A DNA stretch of 64,000 nucleotides from Dehalococcoidia bacterium (GTDB lineage: Bacteria; Chloroflexota; Dehalococcoidia; DSTF01; RBG-16-68-14), in NCBI GenBank assembly GCA_040882355.1, contig JBBEBM010000052.1:1-64000 (forward strand), given 5' to 3'. A program made the position numbers and the translations under genes. Below, piece after piece: positions 8,968 through 19,143 of this stretch. Each line of letters starts with the position of its first letter. The stretch's first letter is position 1. The notes under the pieces are model-generated. The model did no database searches. It saw nothing but the letters and a program-made list of their open reading frames with translations, and was not told where the DNA came from.

Positions 8968-10152
8968 CTAGCTGGCCGGCAGGCCGAGGCCGCGGATGGC
9001 GATCACGTTGCGGATCACCTCGCTCGTGCCGCCGCCGATCGTCGCGGCGACGCTCCCGAGGTAGTCGCGTTCGATCTGGCCGTTCATGGGCACCCGGGGC
9101 GACGTCGGCCGGAGTTGGCCGTGCAGGCCGAAGAGCTTCGAGCCCGTTGCGGCGACGCGCTGCATCAGCTCGCTGCCGAAGAGCTTGCTGATGTTCGCCT
9201 CGTACGTCGGCACGATGCCCTGCGCCTGCATGGTCGGGATTCGGTACGAGAGCCACGTGCCCAGATGGAGCTCGATCCAGCGCTCCACAAGGGCGTGGCG
9301 GGCAGGCAGGTCGCGGCGCATCGTTACGCGCTGCTCGCGGATCAGCTCGGCGAAGCGCTCGAGGGTGCGTCGGATGCGGGCGTAGAACTGGATGCCGGAA
9401 CGCTCGAAGTCGAGGGCGACAGCGACGTGGTACCAGCCGCGGTTCAACTCGCCGACCAGGTACTCCTTCGGGACGCGCACGTTGTCGAAGAAGACCTCGT
9501 TGAAGTCGGCCTGGCCAGCCAGGTTCACCAACGGCCGGACGGTGATGCCCGGCGTGTCCATGGGCAGGACGAAGGTGCTGATCCCCTTGTGCTTGGGCGC
9601 CTCCTGGTCGGTACGCGCGGCGAGCCAGCCCCACTGGGCGCGGTCCGCGTAGGAGGTCCATATCTTCTGGCCGCTGATCACGAAGTCATCGCCATCCTGG
9701 ACGGCCTTCGTCTGTAGCGCGGCGAGGTCGGACCCGGCGCCGGGCTCGGAGTAGAGCGTGCACCAGACGTCCTCGCCTTCAGCGATGCGGGAGAGAAAGC
9801 GCTGCTTCTGCCCGTCGCTGCCGTAAAGCATGATGGCAGGCCCCACCCAGAGCACGCCCATGTCGATGGTGCCGGGCGCATCGTAGTAGGCCATCTCCTC
9901 GTTGTAGATGAGCTGCTGCATGTGCGATGCGCCCAACCCGCCGTACTCCTCCGGCCAAGCGATGGCGAGCCAGTTGCGCTCCGCCAGCTTGCGGACAAAG
10001 TCCCGCTCGAGCTGCCAGCGCTCCTCGCCGCCATCGGCGCCGGCCTCCTCGTACATGCCGCGCGGCTCCCAGTCAGCGGGCAACGCCTCATGGAGGAAGT
10101 CGCGCAACTCCTGGCGAAAGGCGTTCTCTTCGGGCGTCAGACGAAAGTCCAT
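8968..10152 (-). CDS. acyl-CoA dehydrogenase (FadE26/29/34-like)
   Basis: WPEEYGG, YSEPGAGSDL, GQKIWTS, FNEVFFDNVRVP, TIGGGTSEVIRN. Confidence 0.95.
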   Translation of the reverse strand: MDFRLTPEENAFRQELRDFLHEALPADWEPRGMYEEAGADGGEERWQLERDFVRKLAERNWLAIAWPEEYGGLGASHMQQLIYNEEMAYYDAPGTIDMGVLWVGPAIMLYGSDGQKQRFLSRIAEGEDVWCTLYSEPGAGSDLAALQTKAVQDGDDFVISGQKIWTSYADRAQWGWLAARTDQEAPKHKGISTFVLPMDTPGITVRPLVNLAGQADFNEVFFDNVRVPKEYLVGELNRGWYHVAVALDFERSGIQFYARIRRTLERFAELIREQRVTMRRDLPARHALVERWIELHLGTWLSYRIPTMQAQGIVPTYEANISKLFGSELMQRVAATGSKLFGLHGQLRPTSPRVPMNGQIERDYLGSVAATIGGGTSEVIRNVIAIRGLGLPAS

Positions 10153-10258
10153 GAAGCAGTCGTGGCAGTATAGCGTGAAGGCGACATTGGGCGAAGGCGC
10201 GCGCGGCCGCGCGCGCCTGTCACGCTGCCCACGCCCTCAAGGAGCGTCGACAGAATAA

Positions 10259-10288
10259 ACAAGAGCGCCCCTTTCGGGGCGCTCTTGT
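10259..10288 (-). terminator. intrinsic terminator of the large surface-protein gene
   Basis: 13-bp perfect stem acaagagcgcccc/ggggcgctcttgt followed by a U-rich tail on the minus strand. Confidence 0.8.
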
Positions 10289-10312
10289 ACTACTTTCGAC
10301 GTTCGCGTTCGC

Positions 10313-12817
10313 TTAGGTGCCGGAGCAGCTGTGGCCGAACTGAGCCACCACAGACCCGACGTCGCCGATCGAAGTGATCCCATCGGGTGGCTTCAGGTTC
10401 CACTGGTTGCCAGCCAGCGCGCCGTTGCGGTCGGCGCTGGGGTGGTAGTTCGCCCTGGAGCCCGAGGGCACGATCGCGACGTTCGGCGTCGAGTTCGGGT
10501 CGCTGGTCCGCGTGAACGTGCCCGGCCCCGTGTCGTTCGCGCCGAAGCGGCCCACCACGGCGCCGATGTCGCCCACCGCCACGATGCGGTCCTTCGCCAG
10601 CGGCAGACCGGTCCACTGTTCGAAGAAGTCCCAGCGGTTGTACGGGTCACGCACGCCACCATCTTGGTGAGTGCCGGTAGCCTTCAGCTCCTGCTCGTCG
10701 CGGCAGGCGTCAAGGTCGGTGTCGACCGAACGGAGGCCGGGCGCGGGCTGCGCTGAGTAGCGCGGCCCCTGCGGAGCGACGTCGATCTGGGCTGTCGTGA
10801 ACACGGGCGTGGGGGTCCCCGTGCAACTGCTGTTCGCGGGGTAGAACGTGATCACCGCGCTATTGGGCGGATCCTCATGCCCCGTGCGCGCGTTGAGCGA
10901 CGCCGTGGTATCAACGTCCACGTTGTTCGTCGGGCCGGTCGGCGGCAGGTCCACGTTCTCGAAGCAGTCGACCGTCGTGATGGTGTTGCCACTGACCGTC
11001 CCGCTGATTACGCGACGTGTCGTATTCACGTTCACGTAGCTCGAGTCCGGACTGGTGTCCGGAGCGAACGGCGGAGGCGAGCCCGGCAGGCCGTCACCGC
11101 CTGTGCCCAGCACGGAGCTGTCCGTGTAGCACATGGATGGCGCGGTCAGCGTACCCGCCGAAATCACGAAGTCCACGATGCAGTGCGAGTACTGACCCTG
11201 GATGACATTGCAGTCGTCCGGGTCAGCGCCGTCGGCACCGTCGCCGCCGCCGTTGTCGATGCCGTCGTAGCAGGAGTTCGCGCCGCCGCTGTCGCCGCCG
11301 GTGTCCTCCGTGCCGTCGATGTCCGCCGGGACAGCCGTGAAGGCCAGGCTGTACGCGCCGTTGAAGTCGGCGTCGCTGTCGTACGGGTTGTACGGGTCGT
11401 CGCCGCACTTGTTCGCGGGCACGTCCTGGAGCACTTCGCCGCTGTCCGTGCAGCCGTCGCCATCGGAGTCCTGGGCGGTGTCCTGCGAGGCGACCTCAAG
11501 CTGGCCAGTGATGGCCGGCTTGCCCAACGGCGTCAACGCCAGGCAGGCGGCGTTGGTCTGCGAGAAGAAGATCTGAACGGTGCCCTGGCCGGTGGTCGCG
11601 TCGATCACGGCCACGGTGAGCACGTTCGGGCCCAGCGGCGGTCCGACGTCGGCGAAGCAGCCGGTCGTCGTGATATCGCCGGTGCCCGGGCTGTAACTGC
11701 CGGTGTTCACCGTCGGCGAAGCCGAGGTGAAGCCGGTGGCGACGCGCTCGCCGGCCCGCGGCGAGGGCGCGCCCGGCAGGCCATCGCCTGCGGACGGCAG
11801 CGCGCTGCCGCTGGCCCCGCCGATGGCCGGCGAGTCCGTGTAGCACTGCACCGTCGTCGCGATGCTGTTGTCGCCAGTGTCGTGGTCCGTGTACCCGATG
11901 CAGTGGAAGTAGCTGCCCGGGACCAGCGCCTCGGTGGTCGTGTTCCAGTCCGCCCGGATGGCGGTGGCCGAGATGCTGACCGGACCTGAGAAGTCGGTCA
12001 CGGAGTCGTTCGGGTTGTAGGGGTCGTCGCCGCAGGCTTCTGGCGCGACCTTCGCCAGCTCGTCCGAGTCCGTACAGCCGTCACCGTCAAAGTCGGTAAG
12101 GCTGCCGCGCCAGGGAGCGCCCGGGTTCGGGGTCGCGCCGCCGCCGCTGCTGGCACGGTACAGGTTGATCGGCTGGTCGTTGATGAACGGAGCGTCGCCG
12201 GCCTCAGGGATACCAGCGGTGCAGTCCGCGTTCGACTGGTTTGAGAAGATGTCGACCGTGCTGCTGAGGATGCCATCGTCGTCATCCGTCTTCGCGTTCG
12301 GGAAGCTGGTGCTCACGATGACGTTGGGACCCAGCGTGCCACCGAGGTTAGCGAAGCAGCCGTTGAGCGACAGCGTGCCGCCGCTGAAGCTCCCGGCGAG
12401 CTTCGAGGGCGCTGCCGCCGTGTACGGCGGGGGCGGCACCGGCCCCGGAACCAGGTTCGCCGTGTCTACCAGCGGCGACCCCGGGCCAAGGCTCGGCGTG
12501 TCGATGTAACAGACCAGCGTCGCCTTGACATCGGTGCCGCCGTCCTGGTCGATGCGGGCGATGCAGTGGAACAGGCCCGTCGCCTTCGCGTTTGCGTGGA
12601 CGAGGACATCATAGACGCCCGACAGGTTGCCGGTCGTGCCCGGCTTTGGCGTGGGTGTCGGCGACCCCGTGGGCGTCGGCGTAGCCGTGGGGTTGGTGGC
12701 GAACACCGTTTCGATGCTGCCGGAGCCAGCCAGCGCCAGGACGACCAAAAAGACTGCCGCGACGGTTGCCGCGACGGCGCCCAGGGCGATGACGGAACCG
12801 GACCTCATGCGATGCAT
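10313..12817 (-). CDS. large secreted surface protein with three internal Cys-containing repeats and a dockerin-like ('flexitail'-type) C-terminal tail
   Basis: Signal peptide and PT linker; three domains of pattern HCI...CY.D...CF..., separated by DxDxDGC.D..E Ca-binding-like motifs; C-terminus GDIGAVVGRFG...GDVGSVVAQFGHSC. Confidence 0.85.
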   Translation of the reverse strand: MHRMRSGSVIALGAVAATVAAVFLVVLALAGSGSIETVFATNPTATPTPTGSPTPTPKPGTTGNLSGVYDVLVHANAKATGLFHCIARIDQDGGTDVKATLVCYIDTPSLGPGSPLVDTANLVPGPVPPPPYTAAAPSKLAGSFSGGTLSLNGCFANLGGTLGPNVIVSTSFPNAKTDDDDGILSSTVDIFSNQSNADCTAGIPEAGDAPFINDQPINLYRASSGGGATPNPGAPWRGSLTDFDGDGCTDSDELAKVAPEACGDDPYNPNDSVTDFSGPVSISATAIRADWNTTTEALVPGSYFHCIGYTDHDTGDNSIATTVQCYTDSPAIGGASGSALPSAGDGLPGAPSPRAGERVATGFTSASPTVNTGSYSPGTGDITTTGCFADVGPPLGPNVLTVAVIDATTGQGTVQIFFSQTNAACLALTPLGKPAITGQLEVASQDTAQDSDGDGCTDSGEVLQDVPANKCGDDPYNPYDSDADFNGAYSLAFTAVPADIDGTEDTGGDSGGANSCYDGIDNGGGDGADGADPDDCNVIQGQYSHCIVDFVISAGTLTAPSMCYTDSSVLGTGGDGLPGSPPPFAPDTSPDSSYVNVNTTRRVISGTVSGNTITTVDCFENVDLPPTGPTNNVDVDTTASLNARTGHEDPPNSAVITFYPANSSCTGTPTPVFTTAQIDVAPQGPRYSAQPAPGLRSVDTDLDACRDEQELKATGTHQDGGVRDPYNRWDFFEQWTGLPLAKDRIVAVGDIGAVVGRFGANDTGPGTFTRTSDPNSTPNVAIVPSGSRANYHPSADRNGALAGNQWNLKPPDGITSIGDVGSVVAQFGHSCSGT

Positions 12818-13024
12818 GCGTTTCCTCCTGTATCTGTGGTGTACATGGGGTTTGGTTCAACTTCGTTGGAAATGGAAGCTTGGCCGTTCCCTCCTTCCCA
12901 CTGCACTCGTGTCCAGCAGATCTTAGCCATGCGATATGAATGCGTCGAAGTATCCGGGCCTGACTGCCTCGGTTGCGGAGGAGATGCCACCTGTGCCCTG
13001 TCCCTAGGCACTATCAGTGCGCAG

Positions 13025-13053
13025 AGTATCGTACATTTGCGGGCCAATGTCAA
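13025..13053 (-). promoter_or_regulatory. sigma70-like promoter implying a 5' UTR of about 200 nt for the surface-protein gene
   Basis: Minus strand TTGACA-N17-GATACT. Confidence 0.45.
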
Positions 13054-13232
13054 GCGGCTCAGCCGGGCACGGTATCGCCTGGCGACACCCAGATGCCTCC
13101 AGCCGCTGCTTGCCATTCGCGAGGCGCTCCTGCGGCCGGCGCGGCCGTTGCCTAGGCTGTTCCGGCTTTCGCAGGCATGCCCCTTAGCGTATAATCGCTC
13201 GTGCTCTCGGGGCACGTTCGGAAGGAGAGGGA

Positions 13233-14006
13233 ATGAAGCTACCGGGGAAGGCCGCCATCGTGACCGGGGCGGCGCAGGGCATCGGCCGGGCGTACGCGCT
13301 GCGCTTCGCCCGGGAAGGCGCCGCCGTCGCCATCATCGACCTGCGAGAGGATGAGGCGCAGGCGACCGCTGCTGAGATCAGCGCCTCAGGCGCCCGCGCG
13401 CTCGCCATCCGCGCCGACGTGACGAGCGAGGAGCAGATGGCGGCGGCGGCGAAGCAGGTCGCAGAGGGGTTCGGGCGGATCGACGTGCTGGTGAACAACG
13501 CCGCCCTCTACGGCGGCATGAACATCGGCGACCAGAGCATCGAGTACTTCGAGAAGCTGCTCCACATCAACATCCTGAGCGTCGTGGTATCTTCCCGGGC
13601 GGCCTTTCCGTACATGAAGCGGCAAGGCGGCTCGATCATCAACATCTCGTCAACCGCAGCCTATCCGTTGCCGATCCCCATCGGCGGAGAGCTGGAGACC
13701 GTGCCCGTGAGCGGCTACGCCGTCTCGAAGGCGGCGGTGATCAACCTGACGAAGTCGATGGCCGCGGCGATCGGGCGCTACAGCATCCGCGTGAACTGCA
13801 TCGCGCCGGGCCTGACGATGAGCGAGGCGACGAAACAGATCGTGCCCGACTTCTTCATGGACAAGCTGACGGAGGCGACCGCTCTCAAGCGCCGCCTGGA
13901 GCCGGACGACCTGGCCGGCACGGCCGTCTACCTCGCCTCCGACGATAGCGCGCTGATGACCGGCCAGGTGCTGGTCGTCGACGCCGGCCTGATCATGCTG
14001 GGCTGA
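13233..14006 (+). CDS. short-chain dehydrogenase/reductase (SDR)
   Basis: TGAAQGIG, NNA, YAVSK, IRVNCIAPG; TATAAT at about 13190 upstream. Confidence 0.95.
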   Translation: MKLPGKAAIVTGAAQGIGRAYALRFAREGAAVAIIDLREDEAQATAAEISASGARALAIRADVTSEEQMAAAAKQVAEGFGRIDVLVNNAALYGGMNIGDQSIEYFEKLLHINILSVVVSSRAAFPYMKRQGGSIINISSTAAYPLPIPIGGELETVPVSGYAVSKAAVINLTKSMAAAIGRYSIRVNCIAPGLTMSEATKQIVPDFFMDKLTEATALKRRLEPDDLAGTAVYLASDDSALMTGQVLVVDAGLIMLG

Positions 14007-14008
14007 CG

Positions 14009-15502
14009 ATGGGCGCCGCAAAGCAGCCAACCGCGTACCAGATGTACATCGACGGCCGCTGGGCCGGCGCCGAAAGCGGCGCCTCCTTCGACGTCCTCAA
14101 CCCGGCGACCGAGGAGGTGATCGCGACCGCGCCCGAGGCGAGCCGCGATGAGATGCGGCGTGCCATCGCGGCGGCGCGCCAGGCGTTCGACGAAGGCCCC
14201 TGGCCGCGCATGGCGCAGCGGGAGCGGGCGCGCATCCTCCAACAGATCGCCGACGGCCTCTCCGCGAACCGGGAGCGGCTCGCCGGGCTGCTCACCGCCG
14301 AGGTCGGGTGCGCGCAGTTCCTGGTGCCGATCCAGCTCGACGACCCGATCAGGTTCGCCCACTACTACGCGGAGCTGACGCCCAAGATCGACTTTGAAGA
14401 GCCGCTGCCGCCGCTGGTCGGCGATACCCACTTTGGTCCAGCGGCGATGACGCAGATGCTGGTCGTCCGGCAGCCGATCGGCGTGGTAGGCGCGATCAAC
14501 ACCTGGAACTTCCCGCTCTACGTGCTGATCCAGAAGGTGCTGCCGGCGCTGGCATCGGGCTGCACCCTGGTGGTGAAGGCTTCACCCTTCGCGCCGCTGC
14601 TCAACCTGGAGGTCGCTCGGATCATCGACGAGACCGATCTGCCCACGGGCGTCTTCAACGTCGTCACCGGCGAGAGCGCGGAGCTGGGCGAGGAGATCGT
14701 CGCGAACCAGATGGTCGATAAGGTCTCGTTCACTGGCAGCGTGCCGACGGGGAAGCGCATCGCGGAAGCGGCGGCGCGCAATCTGACGCGCGTCCACCTC
14801 GAGCTGGGCGGCAAGTCCGCCGCCATCGTGCTCGACGACGTCGACCTGGACCTGGTGGCGCCCGCGCTCACCGGCCCGACGTTCGTGCACGCCGGACAGG
14901 CCTGCGCCGCCTCGACGCGCTGCCTGGTGCCTGCGAAGCTGTACGACCGGGCGCTGGAGAAGATGGTTGGCTTCGTCACCAAGCTGAAGGTCGGCAACCC
15001 ATCCGATCCTGCCGTGATGGTCGGCCCTCTCATCCGTGAGGTGCGCCGCACGGCTGTCGAAGAGTTCATCCGCGTCGGACGGGAGGAGGGCGCCACGCTA
15101 GCCACCGGCGGCAAGCGGCCCCCCGACGCCGAACGCGGCTACTTCCTGGAGCCGACGATCTTCAGCGACGTGCGCAACGACATGCGCATCGCCAGCGAAG
15201 AGATCTTCGGGCCGGTGCTCGCCGTCATGCCCTACAGCGACATCGACGAAGCGGTGCGCATCGCGAACGACTCGCGCTACGGGCTGAGCGGGAGCGTGGT
15301 GACTTTCAGCCCCGCCCGCGGCCTGGAGGTCGCGAAGCGGCTGCGCACCGGTTCCGTGCTGATCACGCGCGGTGGCGGCTCGCCTGGCGCGACGACGTTC
15401 ATGGTGGCGCCCTTCGGCGGTTTCAAAGAGAGCGGCATCGGCCGCGAGGGCGGGAAGTATGGCGTCTTCGAGTTCACGGAGATCCAGAGCATCGCCTGGT
15501 GA
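14009..15502 (+). CDS. aldehyde dehydrogenase
   Basis: WNFP, FTGS, LELGGKS, GQAC (catalytic Cys), EEIFGPV, PFGGFKESGIGREGG. Confidence 0.96.
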   Translation: MGAAKQPTAYQMYIDGRWAGAESGASFDVLNPATEEVIATAPEASRDEMRRAIAAARQAFDEGPWPRMAQRERARILQQIADGLSANRERLAGLLTAEVGCAQFLVPIQLDDPIRFAHYYAELTPKIDFEEPLPPLVGDTHFGPAAMTQMLVVRQPIGVVGAINTWNFPLYVLIQKVLPALASGCTLVVKASPFAPLLNLEVARIIDETDLPTGVFNVVTGESAELGEEIVANQMVDKVSFTGSVPTGKRIAEAAARNLTRVHLELGGKSAAIVLDDVDLDLVAPALTGPTFVHAGQACAASTRCLVPAKLYDRALEKMVGFVTKLKVGNPSDPAVMVGPLIREVRRTAVEEFIRVGREEGATLATGGKRPPDAERGYFLEPTIFSDVRNDMRIASEEIFGPVLAVMPYSDIDEAVRIANDSRYGLSGSVVTFSPARGLEVAKRLRTGSVLITRGGGSPGATTFMVAPFGGFKESGIGREGGKYGVFEFTEIQSIAW

Positions 15503-15580
15503 GGCCTGGGACGCTATAATCGGGGCGCCTTCGCCCGCAACTCGTTGGGAGGGACACGCAGCTTGATCAGGGAGGCCGGC

Positions 15581-16927
15581 ATGTTGCCCACTCACTCACG
15601 GTTCGTCTGGTTGGTAGGCGCGCTCGTCGTCGCGCTCGCCTTCGTCTTCGCGGCCTGCGACGACGAAGGGGACGGCGGCGATGACGGCACGCCCGGCGCG
15701 GAAGCGACGGCGCTGCCGAGCCTAACGCCGGTCGATCCGGCGGACATCGTCAGCGCCGAGGACGTGCTGGCGAAGGACGGGGCGGCCACGAACGAGGACG
15801 AGGTGAAGTGGGGCTTCATGTTCGAGCTCTCCGGAGGCATCCTCGAGGGCTTCGGCGTGCCCACCAGCGACGGCGTGAAGATGGCCGTGCAGGAGATCAA
15901 CGACGCGGGCGGCTTCCAGGTCGGCGACACGGTCTACACGATCAACCTGGTCGAAAAGGACACGACGTCCAGCGTCCCGGTGACGAGAGCGGTGACGCAG
16001 GAGCTGATCCAGGACGACGGCGTGAATGTGATCTGGGGGCCGGCAACGCTGGGCGAGCCCGAAGCGACGCAGATCACACAACCCCAGCAGGTCCTCCACC
16101 TCTGCCCGTGCCAGCAGCGCGAGACGACGGCGCTGAGCAGCATCGAGAAGGCGCGGGGCGAATCGAAGTGGGCCTTCCAGACACTGCTCCCATTCAGCCT
16201 GCTGATTCAGCAGGGCGCCCGAAACTTCATCGAAGACTGGCCTGAGATCAAGACCATGGCGATGCTCTGTCAGGACACATCAACAGGCCGCGACATCTGC
16301 GGCCGCACCAGGGAGGCCTACACGGCTGTGGGCATCGAGATCGTCTCCGAGGACTACTTCCCGGCCCAAACGACCGACTACAACGCCTATCTCACGAAGA
16401 TCAAGCAGAACGACCCGGACTATCTGTACAACTACAACGACCCGCCCGGCGACGCGGCAATCGTCCGCCAAGCACTGGAGCAGGGCGTCGGCCGGCTGCT
16501 GAACGTGAACGTCCCCGCCAACTTGGTGGAGGCGCTCGTCGGCGTCCCGCTGACGGTCCCGGTGATCGTCGGCGCCGCGCCCCGGCAGCACGTGTTGCCG
16601 ACGTCGGAGGCGGCCGCCGCCTACTTCGAGCGCTACGCAGCATACAAGGGAGGCAGCCTCGACGGAACTCCCGCGGCGTTCGTCTCGCTGCTCACGTATG
16701 ACTACGTCTACATGCTTGTCGCGGCAATGCAGCAGGCGGGCACGGTGGAGGACACGACGGCGATCGCCGACGCCCTCGAGAAGGTTCACTACAGCGGCGC
16801 GGCGGAGGACAACATGTTCTTCAACTCGCGCCACTTCGGCGTCCACGGCACCGACCCGTGCATCGTGGAGCAGGACAAGCCGATCACCTGCGAGCACTCG
16901 CCGCCGCCGCCGGAGGCGAACTACTAG
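15581..16927 (+). CDS. LIV-type ABC transporter substrate-binding lipoprotein
   Basis: Lipobox FAAC; AVQEINDAGG; TDYNAYLTKIK; YDYVYML..AMQQAGT; precedes livHMGF-like genes. Confidence 0.9.
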   Translation: MLPTHSRFVWLVGALVVALAFVFAACDDEGDGGDDGTPGAEATALPSLTPVDPADIVSAEDVLAKDGAATNEDEVKWGFMFELSGGILEGFGVPTSDGVKMAVQEINDAGGFQVGDTVYTINLVEKDTTSSVPVTRAVTQELIQDDGVNVIWGPATLGEPEATQITQPQQVLHLCPCQQRETTALSSIEKARGESKWAFQTLLPFSLLIQQGARNFIEDWPEIKTMAMLCQDTSTGRDICGRTREAYTAVGIEIVSEDYFPAQTTDYNAYLTKIKQNDPDYLYNYNDPPGDAAIVRQALEQGVGRLLNVNVPANLVEALVGVPLTVPVIVGAAPRQHVLPTSEAAAAYFERYAAYKGGSLDGTPAAFVSLLTYDYVYMLVAAMQQAGTVEDTTAIADALEKVHYSGAAEDNMFFNSRHFGVHGTDPCIVEQDKPITCEHSPPPPEANY

Positions 16928-16954
16928 GGCTCGAACTGTCACACAAAACGCAGC

Positions 16955-16982
16955 GCGCCCCGTTCGCAACGTAACGGGGCGC
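16955..16982 (+). promoter_or_regulatory. intercistronic hairpin after the binding-protein gene
   Basis: gcgccccgtt-N8-aacggggcgc. Confidence 0.45.
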
Positions 16983-17073
16983 TTGCTATAATCGACCTCA
17001 CCACGCCCCTGTCAAGCAGATGTCGACGCGGCACGCCCGTCGATTCGGACCGGGCTGGTGGGGAGGTGAGGCC

Positions 17074-17964
17074 GTGCATCCTGAGTTGACCGAGTTCCTC
17101 CAACAGATGTTCAACGCCCTGACGATCAGCGGCGTCTACGCGCTGATTGCACTGGGCATCACGATCGTCTTCGGCCTGACCGGGATCGTGAACTTCTCGA
17201 TCGGTCAGTTGCTGACGCTCGGCGCGTTCCTCACCTTCTCCTTCTGGGACAACGACCGCGTCTCGTTCTTCCTGGCCGTGCCGCTGGCGGCAGCGTCCGT
17301 CGGGCTGCTGTCCGTGGCGCTGGAACGAGCCGCGTTTCGGTTCACCCTAGAGCAGCCGATCAACGGCTTCATCGTGTCGCTCGGACTGATCCTGGTCCTC
17401 CAGAACATCATCATTGAGTTCTGGGGCACCGACCCCAAGGCGATCACGCCGCCCTTTACGAACGTCTGGGACGTGGGCGGCGTGCGCATGCCGGTGAACA
17501 CCTGGTTCGTGATCTTGGTGACGGTCGCGATTATCGTGCTGCTTTTCGTGGGGCTGCGCTACACGCGATACGGACGGGCGATGCGCGCTTGCGCCGAGGA
17601 CCGCGACGCCGCCGCCCTGATGGGCATCCCCGTCGGCACGGTGATCGCCGGCACCTTCGCGATCGGCGGAGCGCTGGCTGCGATCTCCGGGGGCCTCCTC
17701 GCGTCGCTCTATCCGATCCATCCCTACGTCGGGGCGCTCTACTTGCTGAAAGGCTTCGCTGTGGCGCTCGTCGGCGGCCTCGGCAACATCGAAGGGTGCG
17801 TCGCCGCCGCCCTGCTGATCGGCTTGACGGAAACGATGGCAGCGGGTTACCTCGCCGGTGAATGGCGCGACGCCTACACCTTCGGCCTGATGATCCTGAT
17901 CCTGCTGATGAGACCGACCGGCCTGTTTCCAGCGCGCGGCCGGCTGCAGGAAACGCTGCAGTAG
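17074..17964 (+). CDS. livH: branched-chain amino acid ABC permease (LivH-like)
   Basis: YALIALGITIVFG..GIVNF, TRYGRAMRA..EDRDAAALMGI, VGGLGNI, RPTGLF. Confidence 0.9.
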   Translation: MHPELTEFLQQMFNALTISGVYALIALGITIVFGLTGIVNFSIGQLLTLGAFLTFSFWDNDRVSFFLAVPLAAASVGLLSVALERAAFRFTLEQPINGFIVSLGLILVLQNIIIEFWGTDPKAITPPFTNVWDVGGVRMPVNTWFVILVTVAIIVLLFVGLRYTRYGRAMRACAEDRDAAALMGIPVGTVIAGTFAIGGALAAISGGLLASLYPIHPYVGALYLLKGFAVALVGGLGNIEGCVAAALLIGLTETMAAGYLAGEWRDAYTFGLMILILLMRPTGLFPARGRLQETLQ

Positions 17965-17985
17965 AGCGCGAGGAACAGCGGCAAC

Positions 17986-19143
17986 GTGGTCACGGCAACC
18001 GGCAGTCTCCAGAGCTTCACCAGGCAGTACCCGCTGTCTGACCTGCTGAGCATCCGCCTGCCCCTGGCGGTCCTGCTGATCTTGCCCGTGTTCGCCCCGG
18101 CGATCTTCCCCACATCGCGACTGCTGAGCCTGGCGGTTACGGCCGCGATCTACGTGATCGTCGCCAACGGACTGCACGTCGTCTTCAGCTACGCCGGTCA
18201 GCTCTCGCTGGCGCAGACCGCCCTCTGGGGGCTGGGCGCGTACACCTCGGCGCTGCTGCTCAACCATTTCGGGCTACCCACGTTAGTCCTGATTCCGGCC
18301 GCCGGATTGATGGCCGCGTTGGGGGCGGTCCTCATCGGCATCCCGGCGTTTCGCACGGCGGGATTCAGCTTCGCGATCATCACCTTCGCCTTTGCGGAGA
18401 TCATGCGGCTCATCGCCAACAACTGGGATGAGCTGACCAACGGGAGCATCGGCATCACGGTGCTGGATCCGCCTGATGCGTTCGGCCCGGTCCAATTCGG
18501 CACCTTCGAGCATCTCCCGAACTTCTACCACCTGACCCTGGCCTTTTCCTACCTGAGCCTGATCGGGATCTTCCTCATCCGGCAGTCCAGCCTGGGCAAG
18601 AACTTCATCGCCATCCGCGAGAACGAAACGCTGGCGAAATCAATCGGCATCAACGTCTACGTCTACAAGCTGATCGCATTCGCGATCAGCGGCTTCTTCG
18701 CGGGCGTCGCGGGTGTTTTCTTCATGTACCACCAGAAGCACATTGAGCCAGGGCCGCTCAGCCCGTTCGCTGCGTTCGCCACGATCCAGTTCCTGCTCAT
18801 GATTCTGATCGGCGGACGGCGGAGCATGCTCGGCCCGACGATTGGCGCCATCGTCGTCGTCTTCGGACCAGAGCTCGTGAACGCCCTCCTGGGCGACTGG
18901 CTGACCTTCAACCGATCGCAGATGATCTTCGGAGGCCTTCTCGCGCTGTCCGTGCTGACAGCGCCGAACGGCATCGCCGGGCAGACACGAGACGGCTACA
19001 ACACGTTCGTCGCGACGCTGCGCAGCTCGCGCGAACGGGGGCATCATCCCGTCTTCTCGTTCCTCCTGGCGTTCAGCCGGGCGACGATACCCTCCCGCTT
19101 CCGGCCCCGAGACGAATCGTTGGACAAGGAGGCGCAGCTATGA
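17986..19143 (+). CDS. livM: branched-chain amino acid ABC permease (LivM-like)
   Basis: GQLSLAQ...GLGAY, AIRENE.LA.SIGIN, KLIAFAIS, PNGIAG. Confidence 0.9.
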   Translation: MVTATGSLQSFTRQYPLSDLLSIRLPLAVLLILPVFAPAIFPTSRLLSLAVTAAIYVIVANGLHVVFSYAGQLSLAQTALWGLGAYTSALLLNHFGLPTLVLIPAAGLMAALGAVLIGIPAFRTAGFSFAIITFAFAEIMRLIANNWDELTNGSIGITVLDPPDAFGPVQFGTFEHLPNFYHLTLAFSYLSLIGIFLIRQSSLGKNFIAIRENETLAKSIGINVYVYKLIAFAISGFFAGVAGVFFMYHQKHIEPGPLSPFAAFATIQFLLMILIGGRRSMLGPTIGAIVVVFGPELVNALLGDWLTFNRSQMIFGGLLALSVLTAPNGIAGQTRDGYNTFVATLRSSRERGHHPVFSFLLAFSRATIPSRFRPRDESLDKEAQL

